This document shows, piece after piece, positions 61,165-64,000 of a stretch of 64,000 nt of DNA (positions are counted from its first letter, which is position 1; every line of letters starts with the position of its first letter). The position numbers and the translations under genes are program-made. Location: the NCBI RefSeq assembly GCF_006345805.1, contig NC_043016.1:16306001-16370000 (forward strand). Reading direction: 5' to 3'. The notes beneath the pieces are model-generated. The model saw only the letters and a list, made by a program, of their open reading frames with translations, was not told the origin of the DNA and made no database searches. Source of the stretch: Octopus sinensis. Taxonomy: Eukaryota.

Positions 61165-64000
61165 TTTCATCTATCTGCCACAAGGGCGAAGGATGAAGGG
61201 GGACAATACAAAGACAGACATAAAATGTGGGGTTTTACATGTAATGAAATGATAAAAAGGAAGAAAGTATACACGGTATACAGTGAGAAAGAAGGGACAT
61301 ATGCATAGCATACAAAGGTTAAAAAAGTGGCGAGGAGGATGACAGAGATGTGGCCCTCCTGATACAGGAAGGCCTCTATGGATAATCGAGGAATCCCACT
61401 ATGCGAGATTTCCCTGAAACCCCTGGAGCAAATGCCCTCTCCAATTCCTTCTCTCCGACTCATAGATCTACACTTAGAGAGGTACCATCCACTCTTGCCA
61501 TTTTCGCAACTTTCACCCACCTTTCCATAAACTCACTCCAGGACAGCATTTCTCTCTCCATTCGCAATTTCCTTTTCAAGTGAAACTTGAAAAAGTAAAT
61601 GAGAGCTCTACCAAAGAGGAATGTATCGGTCCTGATGCCTTTCAGCCTTGTCCACCAAATAACCTTTTTGGCCACAGCCACCAGGCAAAGGAAAACTGCC
61701 TTTCCTGCCCGATTGAAGGAGGGCGGCTGTGCGATCTTCACTACAGACTCGGCCGACAAACGAATCCGTTTCACACGTGACAGCAGCTGTTCGACATAAT
61801 CCCACAAGTCAGCAATGCCCGGATACTGAACGAGTGCGTGCAGAACGGTTTCGTCACTCTGCGCGCACCTCTGACAGCACATCCGTGCCTGTAGAGTTTA
61901 TCACGAACTAGTAGCCCCCTACCCCGGTAGCACTGCCAGGCCAAGGATATCTGGAAATTATCCACGATAGTTCCTGACCGGAAAGTCCTCCGGAACAGAC
62001 TAGCTTGTTCGTTCTCGTCAGCACCCAGAGTCTCCCGGAGAATGTCGTCGCACTTCCCCGCCGCTAATCTTCTATAAATTTCTAAAGCAGAACATCCATC
62101 GATCCCATTGCTCGACTGGTAGAGGGCTGTGAGTGCCTAACATCATTCTAGATGCCAGGCGCCCAGTCTCGCTCTTTTATTCACCCAGGATTGCAGCTCC
62201 ATCAAGGAGACGAGCTGCAGAAAGACGAGCCTCACAAACAGAGCCCACACACGCTCACTATCCAGAAATCATTGCCGGTGGCGTAACCTAAAAGCGTGTC
62301 TGCGCAGTAGCAGCCACGGCATACCTAATCCGCCACTCAGAGGATGCTAGCAGCATACTGACCGCCTGACCATTGGAACGCGTCCCTTCCACAAGATTTT
62401 AAATAAGAGAAACTCCAGCCTGGTCAAGGCACGACGGTCAGGTGATAAATGATAACAGAGGTGGTGTAAGCATGCGCCACCTCTGCCAGATCTTTCAGGG
62501 TAAGCTTCCTCTCAGCCTATTTTTGGGTAAAACTGGTCACCTTGTTTGCCACCTCTTCCCAGTTCTTATCAACCTGAAGGTCAGGAACAAACCAGGCCCC
62601 GAGCAGTTTAACTGGTTCATCGGTCCAGTGTCCGACGACACCGTCCCATGGTATCGTCCTGCCTCTCCAGGAACCCAATCACAAAAGCCACTGATTTGTC
62701 GGCGTTGATCTTGCAACTGACTTAGATTCCTTTAGGATGGTGCCAATCGTCTCCACTTCAGAGGCGTCCATGGCGGTGATGTCGTCCGCGTATGACGACA
62801 CTGCTCTTCCTTTTCCCAGTTCTAAAGGGATGCCCCTTAGCTGTTCCAACTTCTGCAGCAGTGGCTGGCTCGAGTGCCAACTCATACAGAAGAGGCGACA
62901 GTGGCAGCTCTGACGGACCGAGTATGCCAAACGGCCCCGACAAGCCGTCGTTTAGTTTGACCATTGAAGAGGTGCCGCTGCGCATTGCAGCGATCCAGCC
63001 TCTGAAAACGGGCCCAAGTAGCGATGGTCGACCCTATCAAATGCGTTTGATTGATCCAAATTGATCAGAGTACCCCAACCTCTCTATGATGTATCGCATG
63101 AGGTGGAGGTTGTCGTGGATAGAACTGCTCGGGATTGCGCATGTTTGCGCTTCTCTGACCAGGCTACCGACGACAAGCGCCAACCATTTCGCTAACACCT
63201 TGGCTAAATCTGAAACTTTGGGTTTAGCAGAGTTATGGGCGGAAAATTTTCTAGTACGTCCCCATTGTCGGCGTCCTTCGTCAGCAGTATTACGACATCT
63301 CTGCTAACAGCACTAGAAATTCTTCCGTTCTGTTGCCAGTTGCGGTAAACTCTGCCAAGAGGTCGCCAAAAAAATCTGGCATGAATACATAGGACAAACC
63401 ATCCAAACCGGGTGATCTGCGACTTGTGCACTCGCTCATCGCGTCCCGTGTTTCGGAGGCTGTTTTCGGCCTTTCACGTAACTTCGTGTCAGCTGCCGAC
63501 AGTCGCGACAAGCCACCCAAACACGAACTAAAGCCCAGTACCGTCGTCTACCTATCACCCCCAAACAGCTGCGCAAAGTGCTGCTGAAAATCTGCACACA
63601 TCTGCTGGGAGGGGCGTAGCACGCGCCCACCCCGATCCATCAAAGACATGGCCGTGGTTTTGTTTCCACCGTTCAGACAGTTTTAGTTCCTTCTTGTTTT
63701 AGCGCACGAGCCCTTAGCACTACTAACGCAACCTTCGTATTCGCTTCGAAGATATGGTCAAGGGTCATTCTCGCCGCTAACACATCGGTCGCAATGACCT
63801 TTTTAATCGCCTCTTTTAATTTGCTAACAATTATAATCTATTCCTTTCTGTTGCTAAACGCTATCGATTCTACTCTCATCGCCCTCTTCAGGGCAGCCCA
63901 CAACCGGTTGTTGACAACGGCTCCGTCAACTGCCACTTAACTAGTTCACTAATTCGGTCCCTGTAGTCTTTGCGTGCCGGAAAGGACGCCGATAACTTCC
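61165..64000 (-). mobile_element. Tx1/L1-clade LINE ORF2 (RT plus C-terminal zinc finger) and 3' UTR, degenerate, continuing past the window end
   Basis: WKLSAS motif near 63990, SPGLDGLSY, ILLTKD..NFPPITLLN, PLSPLLYELALEP, SSYADDIT and CQRCAQSDETVLHALVQ (61460-61882). The 3' UTR ends gcccttgtggcagatagatgaaat. Confidence 0.88.

Overview
AT-rich eukaryotic DNA made almost entirely of transposable elements and microsatellites. I recognise the SINE and MITE motifs as octopod/cephalopod-like, but that is from memory and unverified; a BLAST of any SINE copy would settle it. I found no convincing host protein-coding gene, tRNA, rRNA or CRISPR array, and only one weak microexon candidate. The dominant class is about 24 degenerate fragments (roughly 25 kb by my manual boundaries) of R4/Dong-like non-LTR retrotransposons with RT, CCHC knuckle and restriction-like endonuclease. 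They fall into at least 8 families by 3' UTR, and most end in (AAT)n. Also present: two Penelope-like elements plus a Penelope-like inverted-repeat remnant, each with a hammerhead or hammerhead remnant; CR1, RTE and Tx1/L1 LINE remnants; mariner elements (one complete with TIRs); piggyBac-like and foldback MITEs; and three tRNA-SINE types. The most interesting observation is a non-coding ~560-bp element present 7 times. It has a fixed 3' end, variable 5' truncation, the same (AAT)n flank polarity as the Dong-like elements, and a 3' hairpin with a GGGTA loop resembling a covarying hairpin in the Dong-like 3' UTRs. It is a candidate non-autonomous, microsatellite-targeting partner of R4/Dong. 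All coordinates were read by eye and element boundaries are approximate.
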